Below, piece by piece: positions 40,601 to 54,738 of a stretch of DNA of 64,000 bases. This DNA is from Eledone cirrhosa. Its lineage: Eukaryota. Made by a program: the position numbers and the translations under genes. The stretch lies in assembly GCA_964016885.1 (NCBI GenBank), contig OZ024749.1:1054001-1118000 (forward strand), given 5' to 3'. Under the pieces are notes generated by a model. That model did not search any database. It was not told the origin of the DNA and saw only the letters and a list, made by a program, of their open reading frames with translations. Every line of letters begins with the position of its first letter. Within the stretch, counting starts at the first letter, position 1.

Positions 40601-40724
40601 TATTCATCCTTTCTACATTTCTCCGGAATATAATTTATACTCGTTGAGCAAACCTGCACGTACGCTGTTCATCTCTAACGTAACGATATATTATCACTAC
40701 ATTATTGATAACCTGAAATTTTAT
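37602..40724 (+). mobile_element. Near full-length Penelope-like retroelement (Naiad-like): RT plus GIY-YIG endonuclease and 3' pseudo-LTR; frameshifted
   Basis: LKDHK..IRLICPSKSDIG, FDITMGSNDSAE, IYRDD, NFLDVTF; endonuclease CPLNNQC..IVYKC..YYVGST..CKLC..E..LLN..CNH; 27-nt direct repeat 37602-37628 / 40698-40724; both flanks (TA)n. Confidence 0.9.
40447..40557 (+). ncRNA. Hammerhead-like motif in the Penelope pLTR with very long stem II
   Basis: CTGAAGA (40448) ... GAAAC-ATAT-GTC (40545-40556); intervening ~90 nt folds (gtgaca/tgttac, actga/tcggt, tatcg/cgata, cttgc/gcaag); stem I poor. Confidence 0.55.
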
Positions 40725-40837
40725 ATATATACATATATATATATACATATATGTATATATACATTCATATATATATGTATATATATATACATATATATAT
40801 ATATATACATACATTCATATATATATGTATATATATC

Positions 40838-41516
40838 ATCATCATCATCGTTTAACGTCCGTGTTCCATGCTTGCATGGGTTTGGACGGGAGCTTTCCCA
40901 CTTGAGGCAAGAGTGGTTGTCTTGCTCGCATAGGACTGTCTGGCGGGTTTTCTACAGTTGGATGCCCTTCCTAACACCAACCACATTTACAGTGTGGGAC
41001 TGGGAGGTTTTTACCGTGTTGCCTACACGGTCACATTACAGCGTGGACTGTGTGTTTTTTTTCGTGACACCTACACGATCTCATTTGTTTCGGCCTGGAT
41101 TTTGTGGCACCAACATAACTTTACATTGAAAGGGGCGGTGTGGATGGGGTGGGGGTGGTGGGACGGGGGTGTATTTTGTTAGAGATGCCTACTGATTGTA
41201 GTAGGTTTTACTTTGTATTTAGGTAACGCGGGTCTTCTCTGTTACTGAGTACCGCCAAAGGTCTCGGTCCAGTGACATTGTCTTGGAGAGGTGTAAGTGT
41301 GTGAGGTCGGAATTTATCAGCTCGTCCCAGGTTTTTCTGGGTCTGCCTACTCCGTGGCTACCATCTATCTTTATTGCCCTGCACTTTGTTATACAGCTGT
41401 CGTCTTTCATGCGCATCACGTGACCATACCAACGTAGCCTTCTCTCGAGTAAACAACATCTGATCCCTCTTATTTCTAATTTTTTCCTTAGTTCGTTTAT
41501 GCTTTGCCGTTCGCGT
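40838..41516 (-). mobile_element. RTE LINE 3' end with tail
   Basis: [21 protein letters not shown]; same subfamily as 19720-20330. Confidence 0.9.
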
Positions 41517-41974
<458 letters not shown>

Positions 41975-43845
41975 AGTGCTGGTGGCACAAATAAAAGCAC
42001 CCAGTCCATGCTGTAAAGTGGCGCTGGTGTTAGGAAGGGCATCCAACCAGTGTATCAATGCCAAAACACTTATCAGCACAGCAACAAATAGGAACAACAA
42101 CAAAATATGAAGACGTCGCATCTCAGAGTTGCAACACTTAATGTTGGCACTCTCAGAAGTAGATCTGCTGAAATAGCGGAGATGCTAGAGAGAAGGCAGG
42201 TGGATGTGTGCTGCGTGCAAGAGGTGAGATGGAGATGCTGAAGGCATCAGGAGACGTAGGCACTAAACTGGTTGCACGCATCATCAATCAGGCTATATAT
42301 GGTGGTGTCATACCCAAAGACTGGTGCAGCAGTATTCTCATAAATTGCTACAAAGGTAAAGGGGATGCTCTGGTGAGGAGCAATTATAGGGGTATAAAAC
42401 TGATAGATCAGGTTATGAAAGTGGCAGAAAGGATATTAGCACAACTAATTAGAGAAAGGGTTAAACTAGATGAGATGCAGTTTGGTTTTGTGCCTGGGAA
42501 GAGTACAACAGATGCCCTCTTCTTGGTGAGACAATTGCAAGAGAGGTTCTTAGAGAAAAATAAGCCACTATACTTAGCCTTTGTTGACCTAGAGAAGGCC
42601 TTTGATAGGGTACCCCAATCTGTCATCTGGTGGTCCCTAAGGAAGCTAAGTGTTGAGGAATGGCTTGTGAGGACAGTGCAAACTTTGTACAGAGGTACTC
42701 TCAGTAACGTCAGGGTAGGAATGGAGTTTAGTGAGGAATTCCAGATACAAGTAGGAGTACATCAGGGTTCGGTCCTCAGCCCGCTCTTGTTCATTAGAGT
42801 CCTCCAAGCCATAACAGAGGAGTTTAAGACTGGCTCCCCATGGGAACTTCTCTATGCTGATGATCTGGTTCTTATAGCAGAATCAGTAGAGGAGCTAGAG
42901 AATAAATTCTGGCTATGGAAACAGCAGTTGGAAGCAAGAGGACTGAGAGTGAACCTAGCTAAGACAAAAGTGTTGATGAGTAGAAAAGAGGACAAAACCC
43001 CGATTCCGTCAGGGAAATGGCCATGTTCGATATGCAGAAAAAGAACTGGCATAAATTCTATAAAATGCACACAATGCAGATCCTGGGTACACAAGAGATG
43101 TAGCGGGATAGCAGGCAAACTAACAGGTAGGGAGAAATATGTATGCAGTAGATGTACAGGGAAATTAGACAGTAGAAGTCGCATTGATAGACACACGTTT
43201 CAAATGCAGGAGGGCGCTATAGAAGTGGTGGATAGCTTCCGGTACCTAGGAGATCAGATTAGCATGGGAGGAGGGTGTTCCTAGGCCATAGTATCTAGAA
43301 TAAGGACGGGTTGGAAGAAGTTTAGGGAGCTGCTTCCTCTGTTGACGAAGAAGGGTTTCTCCCTGCGTACGAAAGGCCGGTTATATGATGCCTGTGTGAG
43401 GAGCGCGATGCTGCATGGTAGTGAGACATGGGCAGCAACTGCAAAGGATATGCGACGGCTGGAGAGAAATGAGGCAGAGAAATGAGGATGTGCAGTGTAA
43501 ATGTGCGTGAACGACCCAGCATAAATGTGTGTTGAGAGAGAAACTGTGTCTGAGAGGGATAGAATGTAGTGTACAGGAGAGGAGACTGAGGTGGTATGGA
43601 CATGTGATGCGCATGGAGGATGACCGATGGGTGAAGAAGTACCAGGAAATGCAAGTTGAAGGAAGACGTGGTAGAGGTAGACCACGAAAAACATGGGTGG
43701 AGGTGGTGAGAACAGACCTCAGATCATTGAAGCTCACGGTGGAGATGACGAAGGACCGTGACGAGTGGAGAGATGCTGTGCTGAATAAGACCCGTCCCAC
43801 CCTTGCAAGCAGGGAAAAGCGGACGTAAAATGATGATGATGATGA
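41975..43845 (+). mobile_element. RTE LINE with retained 5' region and large internal deletion of the endonuclease/linker
   Basis: [22 protein letters not shown] joined at ~42230 to RT EMLKASG; long RT ORF to 43284; (ATG)n tail. Confidence 0.92.
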
Positions 43846-43870
43846 TATATATACATGTATATATATATAT

Positions 43871-43912
<42 letters not shown>

Positions 43913-43979
43913 ATATATATATATACATACATATATTTATATATGTATGTATATATACATACATATATATCATCATCAT

Positions 43980-44670
43980 CAAGTCCTAGCATTATTACTA
44001 AAAAATCACAATAGCCTAACTACAAAAGAATTTGAATACATAGGCCATTTCAAATGTAATACAAGTGCATTCTATGGCTTACCGAAGATCCACAAATGTA
44101 AACTCATAAACGATGCATGCGACACTTCGACTAACAAATACATGCAATTAACACCACCAGAAGACTTAAAACTCAGACTAATTATAGCAGGCCCTGCGTG
44201 TGAAACCCACAGACTTAGCAACTTCCTGGACATCCTACTAAAGCCCTTACTAAAACATATACAGAGCTACATACGGGATGACCTTGATATGCTGAACCAC
44301 CTACCCAAAACAGTAAGTGAAAACGCTATTCTTGTCTTCTTTGACATAGTAAATCTCTACACTAACATACCCCACAACTATGGAATAACGGCAATCCAGT
44401 TTTGGCTAGACACTCACCAATCTGAAATACCAACACGCATCAACAAAAACTTTATTATTGAAGGACTCCGATTTATCTTACAGAATAATTTCTTTACTTT
44501 CAATGATTCAACATACCGACAACGTACTGCAATGGACACAGAGGTAGCCCCCACATTCGCCAACTTAGTCATGGGATTCCACGAACAACAAATCTACAAC
44601 AAATCCCTTCTATTATTTGGAGACTCTTTCCTTATTCAAAAATAATTGGAAGAGATACCTAGACGATTGA
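43980..44670 (+). mobile_element. Penelope-like RT fragment, second lineage
   Basis: FYGLPKIHK, FDIVNLYTNIPH, APTFANLVMG, followed by W-K-R-Y-L-D-D. Confidence 0.88.
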
Positions 44671-45939
44671 TTTATAATCAATTTTAAATCTTTAATTTTT
44701 AATTCTTTTTAATTGTAATACTCAACATTTTATAAGATGGATTTCAGATACATCGAAACCGGTAATACTTTATATATTTTATAAACATTATAAAACTCTT
44801 TCTTTAAAAGAATTGTCCCATTTATTTTTTCAATAATGTCACTTTGATGAATCAAAGAAAAAAACAAAAAAAAAAAAACAAACAGATCCTTAAATATATT
44901 TTCCATGCTATTTCCAATTCCACCCTTTCTCTCTCTATATATATACACACACACACATATATACACACACATACATAGATATATATACACACATACATAC
45001 ACATATACATGCACACACACATATATATACACATATACATGCACATGCAGATACTCACACATTTATATATACACATATATATATACATTTATATATATAT
45101 ATATATAAATATATATATATACACACATATACACAATCACATAGATATACATATACACACAATTACACATATATATATACATATATATATATATACACAC
45201 ACATTGTTTTTAATGATGTAAGTAGCTGCAGTACTGAGTGAAGCTAACATGGGATAGAAGTGAATACACTTAATTGTAAAGAAAATATTTTCATAATGGA
45301 ACAAATGAAAGGCAGTCGATATATACTTGACTTTCTTGACATTAAACTAACCTTTATAACAATGAATTCATATTGGATTAAAAGCTTTAAAGAGTCAGGA
45401 ACTGTGAGTACTTTGTTATGTCTTACAGTAGATGGAGTAGGTATTATGTACTCACAGACCTATGGAGAGTAACAGGACCAGACTTGATGTAAAATGTAGC
45501 CTTCCTCTACCCCAGTTGGTAACAGGCTCAGGTTAGATGTAAAATGTTTGTCCCACTAGTCACCTAGTCACTGACACAATGTCAGTGACTAGGTGACAGT
45601 GTTTTGAAAATGTTGACTCATCATTATTGTTTTTATGTTCATTTTTTTGCCATGTTTTTCATGGTCTTCGTTGGCTTCATTCAACTTGGAACTCGTGGCA
45701 TCTCTTCTCTCAATCATCCTCCATACACATTACATATCCCATAAAGAAATAGATGATACAACAGCAAAGGTTGCAAGACTAACTCCTGCTAAAAAAGGAG
45801 TTAACCTTGCGGGTCCCAGAGCTTCATACTTAACATAAGAGTTATTTACAATACAATGTTTCACAGGTTGATGCTCTTCCATGTGCCAATCCTTTTAGTC
45901 ACATCTTATGACAGACAACGATACTCTATACCTCTTTAA

Positions 45940-46137
45940 CCCTTTAGCATTTAAACTGGCCATATCTGGCCAGAAACCTCTCACCTCTTTCTATTCAAAC
46001 TGGCTGTAACCAGTTGCCCATACCAACATTAAGGTATTAAATAATATCATAGATTAAATACTATGTATATTTATGTGAGGTAAAGCCTTTACCACAAAAT
46101 ACAATAATATATATAGAGTAATGTAAATGCTAAAGGG
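45940..46137. mobile_element. piggyBac-type MITE
   Basis: TTAA target duplication, 14-bp TIR CCCTTTAGCATTTA / TAAATGCTAAAGGG. Confidence 0.85.
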
Positions 46138-46291
46138 TTAACACTTCATGTGCATATTTCAGAATGATTAAAATAACTCTTCCCCACTGTGCAGGATATG
46201 TCATAATAGAAACTGAACAAAATATAATTACAGGAAGGGACCCTGATTATTAAAGTATGTTTCAACATTTCTAAAAGGAGTTATTTCTTAA

Positions 46292-46512
46292 GCCTTTAGC
46301 ATTTAAACTGGCCATATCCGCCCAGAAGTCTCTTACCTCTTTCTGTTCAAACTGGCTGTAACTGGTCACTCATACTGATGTTAAGGTATCGTTCTCAAAA
46401 TAAATAACATCAAAATCTCATAGATTTGATATTATGTGAGATGATTATGTGAGGTAAAGCCTTTACCATGAAAATACAATAGTAAATATAGACCAATGTA
46501 AATGGTAAAGGG
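46292..46512. mobile_element. piggyBac-type MITE, same family
   Basis: TTAA flanks; internal similarity to 21068-21275. Confidence 0.8.
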
Positions 46513-47054
46513 TTAAGTAATACAAATTGATGAAGCTATAAAAACATATTACTGCCCTACAGAATAGCTGTCATGAATATAAATGCTGAAATCTTATCAG
46601 TGAAAATATAATTTCCAAAGAAAATTATTCTAAGTGACACCTAAACCAAATTAGAAAATATACCAACAAAAACAGTGTCCATAAACCCCTGAAGAGGAGA
46701 TGTTACCCAACCCTTATCTCAATTCACCCTAATTCATGTATATTACTTCACCCCAACTCCTTTACTTTACTTACTTTATTTTCTTCTATTTCTTTGTTCA
46801 GTTTTATTTTAATTCACCCCAGCTCCATTCCACTTCATCCCACCTTACTGGATTCTGCCATAGCACTTAAATCCTGTCCAATACTAACATCCTCCTCCTT
46901 CATCTACTTTGTCTTCATCATCTTCTTCTAACAACAGTTCAGCACCTGCTACCCTCGTTGTCAATAGCGACTAAGTTGATGCTAATGTGGCTGTCATCGT
47001 TGTGGTAGAAGACACACTAACAATGACCCAACCCTAATGACAAATAGCTAAATA

Positions 47055-47452
47055 GGATTTTGCAAAGGAGAGAATTGTAGGGAACGACCCAATTGTTACC
47101 AACCTGAACGTCTTGACCTCGTGTCTTAATAATCACAGTTTTTCCACCACAGTGAGGACTTCTCCGTCTGTATTGATGATATCCATCATCTCCAGTTATG
47201 GCTTCTTGTTGAAAATACCTTGGATATCTTTTTTCACATTTGTTACTTCCCATGCACACACACTTAGGGTTGATACTGCCACATGGACCATGTATCATTT
47301 GTTTTGAGATAATGGTAAATAGTTCTGGGTCTTCATCAGGATCGGGCAATTCGGCGCTTATGATTTTATCAATTTGATCCGAGTGAATGTAGTCTGTACA
47401 CCAAATTAGCATATGGGAATGAGGAATACCTCTTTTCTGACATTCAATATGA
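47055..47452 (-). mobile_element. Helitron Rep (HUH) domain fragment
   Basis: ECQKRGIPHSHMLIW, IISAELPD, MIHGPCG, YRRR, NNWVVPYN. Confidence 0.88.
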
Positions 47453-47513
47453 ATTTTTTCAGGGGGATCTGAGAGGGTGCCCTGGGACCCTCTGGGTGAT
47501 TTGACATAGAATG

Positions 47514-47575
<62 letters not shown>

Positions 47576-47579
47576 CACA

Positions 47580-48835
47580 TAGTCCCCTGTACCACAATTT
47601 GGTGGGCTCTTAGAAAACTCGGAGTGGATGAGTGGCTTGTGAATGCTGCACAAGCAGTTAGCAAGGTTAAGATTAACAATGACTATAGCGAGGAATTTAG
47701 TGTACAGATTGGCATCCACCTGGGTTCTGTTCTTAGCCCTCTCCTGTTTATTATCATACTGCAGGCTATAACAGAGGAGTTTAAGACTAGCTGCCCATGG
47801 GGACTCCTGTATGTGCATGATCTTACACTTATAGCTAAATCTATGGTGGAACTAGAGAAGAAATCCCAAACCTCAAATCATGGCCTAGAAACAAGGGGTC
47901 TTAAAGTCAACCTGACAAAGACTAAGGTCATAGTAAGTAGAAGGGAAAACAGAGCCCCGATTCCCTCGGGGAAATGGCTTTGTTCAGTGTGTAGGTAGAA
48001 ATTCCATCCACTGTCCCAAATGCAAATTACTGGTACTTTATTTTATCAACACCGTAAGGATGAAAGGCAAAGTTAAACTTGGCGGGATTTGAACTCAGAA
48101 TGGCAAGGGCCGTAACTCTATGCGTCAAAGCATGGCGTCCGACCCTCTACTGATACTGCCAATCCACTACACAAATAATGTAGAGGAATCTCAGCTAAGA
48201 ATATAGATTTTACATGTAGCAGCTGCACCGGGACAGTAAACAGCAAACAATCACAAGAAACAAGCACTATCAAATTCTGGGAAGGTTTGGTAGATGCAGT
48301 AGACAGCTTCTGCTACCTGGGTGACCAAATTAGCAGCAGAGGTGGGTATTTTGAAAGCACATTACCCAGATTGAGAACGGGATGGAAGAAGTTGAGGGAG
48401 CTACTACCACTTCTGGCTACAAAAGGTCTCTTACTCAAGATAAAAGTCAGACTGTATGATGCCTGTGCGCACACAGCAATTCTACATGAAAGTGGAACAC
48501 TGGCACTGTCGAGGCCCTACGTAGATTGGAAAGAAATGAAGTTTGCATGCTCTGATGGATGTGCAAAGAAACTGGGAGAGTAACTATGTATAAGAGGAAT
48601 CAGATACTGTGAGCAAGAGAGGAGATTGTGTTGGTATGGACATCTGATGCTTAAGAAAGATGACAGCTGTATAAAAAGGTGCAGAGCGCTCAAAGTTGTT
48701 GGAAGCGTTGGAGTGGAGAAGCCCAGGAAGACCTGGGATGAAGTGATAAAAGCTGACCTTGCACAATTACACCTCTCAAAGATGATGACACAGGACTGAG
48801 ATCTCTGGTGTTATGCAGTAATACAGAAGACCCCT
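47580..48835 (+). mobile_element. Decayed RTE LINE interrupted by a family A SINE (48026-48168, minus)
   Basis: GSVLSPLLF, YLGDQIS, RTGWKK motifs on either side of the SINE. Confidence 0.88.
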
Positions 48836-49352
48836 GAAGCATATATATAGTATGCACCACCTCGCCCCTCTCATCCATACATTTCCCATGAAGACAGGCT
48901 GAAGCATATCCTGTAAAGTGGGCTGAAGGCTTCACTGGACATATGCTACAGCCGGCCCTCATGTATGGGAGGGTGAGGTGAGGGTGGTGCATACTATATA
49001 TATATATGCTTCAGCTTCAGCCTGGGCCCATGAGAAGGTGGGTTTTCTGTATTATTGCATAATGCCTGTTTGTCATAATGTTAGAATAAGTGCATTGTAT
49101 CCCAGTGAGTTGTAAGTAGCAACTAAAAAAGTTGGTGTTAGGCAGGGCATCTGGCTGTAAAGCATTGCCTCAAAAAGTCCTATCCGACCCATACTAGCTT
49201 GGAAAAGTCAATGTAAAAGATGATGATGATGATGCCAACTGTCACTGGTTTCACCTTTCAACTGATTAGGTTGTTAAGGTAACAATACTTACTACACTGA
49301 ATGACCCAACAGCACACTATAGCTGCTTTCACTATTAGTTGCACCACAGTAT

Positions 49353-49383
<31 letters not shown>

Positions 49384-52300
49384 ATCAGCATATATATATA
49401 TATTGAACTTACACTGATGGTTCATTATTACTAGCTTCCTTGTTTTGTTTTCTATTGATCCTTGTATAGGCGACATTGCATTGAGCTTCTATTGACTTTA
49501 CTCTATATTCATATCAGGATCAATTACTAACAGGTTTTCAAGTATGGTGGAAGTGCTGATATCTATTATTCACCAATACTTAACTACGTTGACTTCCAGT
49601 TTTCAGAACTAAACTCCCTCTTCACTGTCAATATTATTGATTGAACAACAAAACTAAATCATCTTAGGGAAGATTCTGTTTGTAGTTGTGCTGGGACCTA
49701 AATTTCGTGAAAATAAGAGGTGCGTCTCTCATTTCCATGCATGCTAATGCCCATTTTTTTCTGTTCTAGGAACTTATATGCTCCGTTGTTATTAGACTAG
49801 CAAAAGATTATGGTGAAGTAATTAATTCACGTCAATTTTTCAATTTTCATATCTTTATTTGTTTTTTCCAAATCAAATGAAAGAATTTAACAAAACAGTA
49901 ATACTGAGTTAAAATAATAATTCTTTCTAGCATTGGAACAAGGCTGGTAATTTTGGAGGAGGGGAACGTTGAATAAATTGACCCCAGTATTTGACTGGTA
50001 CTTTATTAAATCTACTCCAGAGAGATGAAAGGTAAAATTAACCTCGATAGGATTTGAATTCAAAGTAAAAAGCCTAACTGTCACAAACCAGATTTGTGTG
50101 ACACCTTGATTCTGCCAATCCACTGCCTTCAATAACAACAACAATAATTGTTTCTAGTTTTGGCACAAGGCCAACAATTCAGGAAAGGGGGAAGTCAATC
50201 ATGGTGGGATTTGAACTCAGAATGTTAAGATCCAGAACAAATACGGCATTTTATCTGACTTTCTACTTATTCTGCCAACGACAACAACAATAATAATGTG
50301 TTCTACTGTTATTTCAAAATTTGTAACTGAGAAGTTTCAGAAAGTTGCTACAATGTGGTAGAAATATATGAAGAGTAAAGGATGACAAATAAAACAAAAC
50401 TAACTAATGTTTTTACCCAGTATATTTCAACATAATATTTCAGGGCTATTACTCTCTTTTCAAATGTAAAAACAAAGATGGTTCAAAACAAAATGAATGA
50501 TCGATGTATTCTTCCCTAAATGGTCTGACTACAATACTCATGTATGGAGCAGTTAATATGCCTTCCTTAATTCTTAAATTTCCCACAGGAGGCCATTATC
50601 ATCAACAAGAAAAAGCCACAAATAAATAACAGATTGGAAATGCACAAAGCAGGTTGGTTACTATAACTACTCCACACAAATATTTTAGACATTGAGAGTA
50701 TTTAAGGGAGAACACAACGCAACAATCATTCATTTTGTTTTAACCATCTTCATTTTTACATTTGAAAAGAGTGTAATAGCCCTTAAATATCACATTGAAA
50801 TATACTGGGTAAAAACATTGGTTAGCAGCTTTCTGAAACTTAGTCATATATTACATATCTCACAATAATTCATATCAACTATACTACTTTATTTTAATAT
50901 TTGTATTTAATGTTTAATAATAATATCAAAATCAACTGAATATGAGAGAAGTAAATTTATTTTGATTCAAATATGCAAAATAACTGGAAGGCATGGATTT
51001 TTCTAAACACAAGAAAATCAATAAATACTATATGGTTAATCAAAAGAGGACAAGAATAATTCAGAATTGATGAATTTAATCTTAATACTCTTTTGTTGTT
51101 CAGTTAATATTTTCTTTACAGAGAGAGAGAGAGGAGAGAGAGAAAGAGAGGAAGAGAGGAAGAGAGGAAGAGAGGAAGAGAGGAAGAGAGAGAAAATTTT
51201 CAATTATTTTATGTTTGCTTTCCAATATTTCTGCCTATTCTAAAAACAATCAAGAATTCTGAGAGATTTAGTAATGTAACTAAGTTTCTCATTATTAAGT
51301 TGGTGTTTGAAATATAACAAAGGTTCTTAGATGAAGTTATGATGAAAGGTTTGTAGAGAAATATAAACACTTTAAAGTAAACAGCTTTGTATTGTAGAAC
51401 CAGGTTTGGTTTTAGGAGGTTTGGTATAAAAAAGTATTGACTTTTGATACCAACCTGCCAAAAACACCTCTGGTGCTATGAAAGTAAATTAAAATCTTCC
51501 AACATAATTTGACATAAGAACCTTTTCTTAAATTATATTAGAAATACCATCTTAATAATGAAATTATTAATTATTTTAATAAATCCCTCCAAATTCTTCA
51601 TTGATTACTATATATACTTGAATACAAGCCGACCCCTATTTTATGTCTGAGAAATAAGCAAAAATCCGAATAAGTGGGCAAAGAAGAACCTTCTAAGATG
51701 TTACAAACAAAATCTTAATAACAAAACTAAGTTTAGTAAATCCTTCCAAATTCTTCATTAATTAGAATACAGTTTGTTTTATTAAAAACATGGCTACAAA
51801 AGGGTTAAATGGTTTTTGCATTCTTGCATTAAATCACAAAATTACTGATGATTTAAGGAACACCTGAAAAACAAGATACTAACAATTATTACATGCTGTC
51901 TTAGGACTATGGAAATGTGGAATAAAAGTGAAATAGCGACCATCATCAACATTGTTATTACATCTAACCCATGCTGGCATGGGTTAGACAGGTCCTTTTC
52001 AGCACAACATCTCTCCACTTACTATGTTCCTTTGCCATCTCCTCTGTGAATCTCAGTGATTTGAGATCAGTGCTAACCACCTCCACCCAGGTCTTCTTTG
52101 GTCTATCTCTACTGGGACATCCTGACACTTCTTCACCCAGCGATGTAACTATTACAGTCCTTCTCCCTCCATCACCACCCTATCAACTTCATCACATCAG
52201 ATGTTAGTGCCATTAAATAATTCATCAAGTGGTGGTAGATGAAACACATTCACCACAGAGTAGGAAGGTATTTTTAGTTTTGTTGAGGTCATGACAACTT

Positions 52301-52672
52301 ATGTATGACTGGTGCCACAATAAAATGTTCTCAGTACCCTCTCGAATGTAGAGATATGGCCTACCCCCAACCCAGAGGGCAGCAACTACAAATAAAAACT
52401 AACTAGGACCATAAAAACCTGCAAAACAAATGGAAGATGATGATGGTTATGGTGGTGATGACACAGACTATGATGGTGGTGATGATGATGATGATGATGA
52501 TGATACAGCCCAATTAGAGTGTCAACTATAGCCCCGTCGTTCCACCAGCAACCCGCAATATCTGCTAATATATCCAATATAACCTTGTACAGCAACTGAA
52601 CTACATTCCTCTAACACTCGGAAATACATTTGAAAATCAATACACATCACATTTATTATCATTTGACTCAGT

Positions 52673-52678
52673 ATATAG

Positions 52679-52710
<32 letters not shown>

Positions 52711-52870
52711 GCGCACACACACACATATATATAGCACACACACACACACACATATATAGCACACACACACACGCACATAGCACACACACACACACACACA
52801 CATAGCACACACACACACACACACACACACATAGCACACACACACACACACACATAGCACACACACACAC

Positions 52871-52911
<41 letters not shown>

Positions 52912-53100
52912 CACACACACACATATATATATATATAGCGCACACACACACACATATATATATATATAGCGCACACACACACATATATATATATATATAT
53001 AGCGCACACACACACATATATATAGCACACACACACACACATATATATAGCACACACACACACACATATATATAGCACACACACACACACATATATATAG

Positions 53101-53134
<34 letters not shown>

Positions 53135-53185
53135 GTACACACACACATATATATATAGCACACACACACACACACATATATATAG

Positions 53186-53217
<32 letters not shown>

Positions 53218-53268
53218 GTACACATACACATATATATAGCACACACACAGACACACATATATATATAG

Positions 53269-53299
<31 letters not shown>

Positions 53300-53360
53300 C
53301 ACACACACACACACACATATATATATATCACACACGCACACATATATATATATACAGCAC

Positions 53361-53395
<35 letters not shown>

Positions 53396-53396
53396 G

Positions 53397-53430
<34 letters not shown>

Positions 53431-53481
53431 GTACACACACACATATATATATAGCACACACACACACACACATATATATAG

Positions 53482-53513
<32 letters not shown>

Positions 53514-53564
53514 GTACACATACACATATATATAGCACACACACAGACACACATATATATATAG

Positions 53565-53595
<31 letters not shown>

Positions 53596-53656
53596 CACAC
53601 ACACACACACACATATATATATATCACACACGCACACATATATATATATACAGCAC

Positions 53657-53691
<35 letters not shown>

Positions 53692-53752
53692 GCACACACA
53701 CATATATATATATATAGCACACACACACATATATACATATATAACTATATGG

Positions 53753-53788
<36 letters not shown>

Positions 53789-53990
53789 ACTATATGGCAC
53801 ACACACCCACACATATATATATATAACCATATGGTTCACACGCACATATATATATAACTATATAGCACACACACACACACACAAATATATAACTATATGT
53901 CACACACACACACAAATATATAACTATATGTCACACACACACACAAATATATAACTATATGTCACACACAAATATATAACCACATATAAC
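52673..53990. repeat. Compound (CA)n(TA)n-G microsatellite array with internal higher-order duplication
   Basis: Direct observation. Confidence 0.95.
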
Positions 53991-54534
53991 CATTTTTCCT
54001 AATTGCAAGTGGGGTAGAAATTATTAATAAATTGTAATAAATTGTAATAAATTGTAATGAATGATTTTAAATGTTGACAACTTCACTGAAAAATTACATT
54101 TCTATAATTGTAAAATTTGATATATTTGGTGAAGGCCAATTAAGCATCATTACTAACAACGGCAATAACTTTAATGGATCTAATTATATGACTCCTAGCC
54201 ACATCATTTATATTTTAAAGATGGTAGGTAGGTATTGAGAGATATGAAAATATTTACAATATGTTGTTGCTAGTTTCATGTTCAGTTTGGTATATGTCTA
54301 ATTAAATATAGCTTTCAAATGTCCACCATTCTTACCTTAGAACTGTATTTTCTATCTTCCTTTTATAGGCTAGATGAGAGAAGGGGCCCAAGTGAGTTAG
54401 ATGGCAAGGGTCTACAATTTTGAAGGAATCTACTTACATCATGTCCAAGTTATTTTGTCATTTAAAAAAATCTGTTCTAAGACCAGAACTTAAACTACTT
54501 TCATTAGGAATACAACATTCCTAAGCTATGATGA

Positions 54535-54738
54535 CCTACAGTTTACATCTGGTCTGGGTCTATTACCAGCTACAGATGTCTAGTTTACATCTGGCCTGGG
54601 TCTATTACCAGCTACAGATGTCTAGTTTACATCTGGCCTGGGTCAATTACCAGCTACAGATGTCTAGTTTACATCTGGCCTGGGTCTATTACCAGCTACA
54701 GATGTCTAGTTTACATCTAGCCTGGGTCTATAACCAGT
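54535..54738. repeat. 42-bp minisatellite, ~4.5 copies
   Basis: CAGCTACAGATGTCTAGTTTACATCTGGCCTGGGTCTATTAC repeated. Confidence 0.93.
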
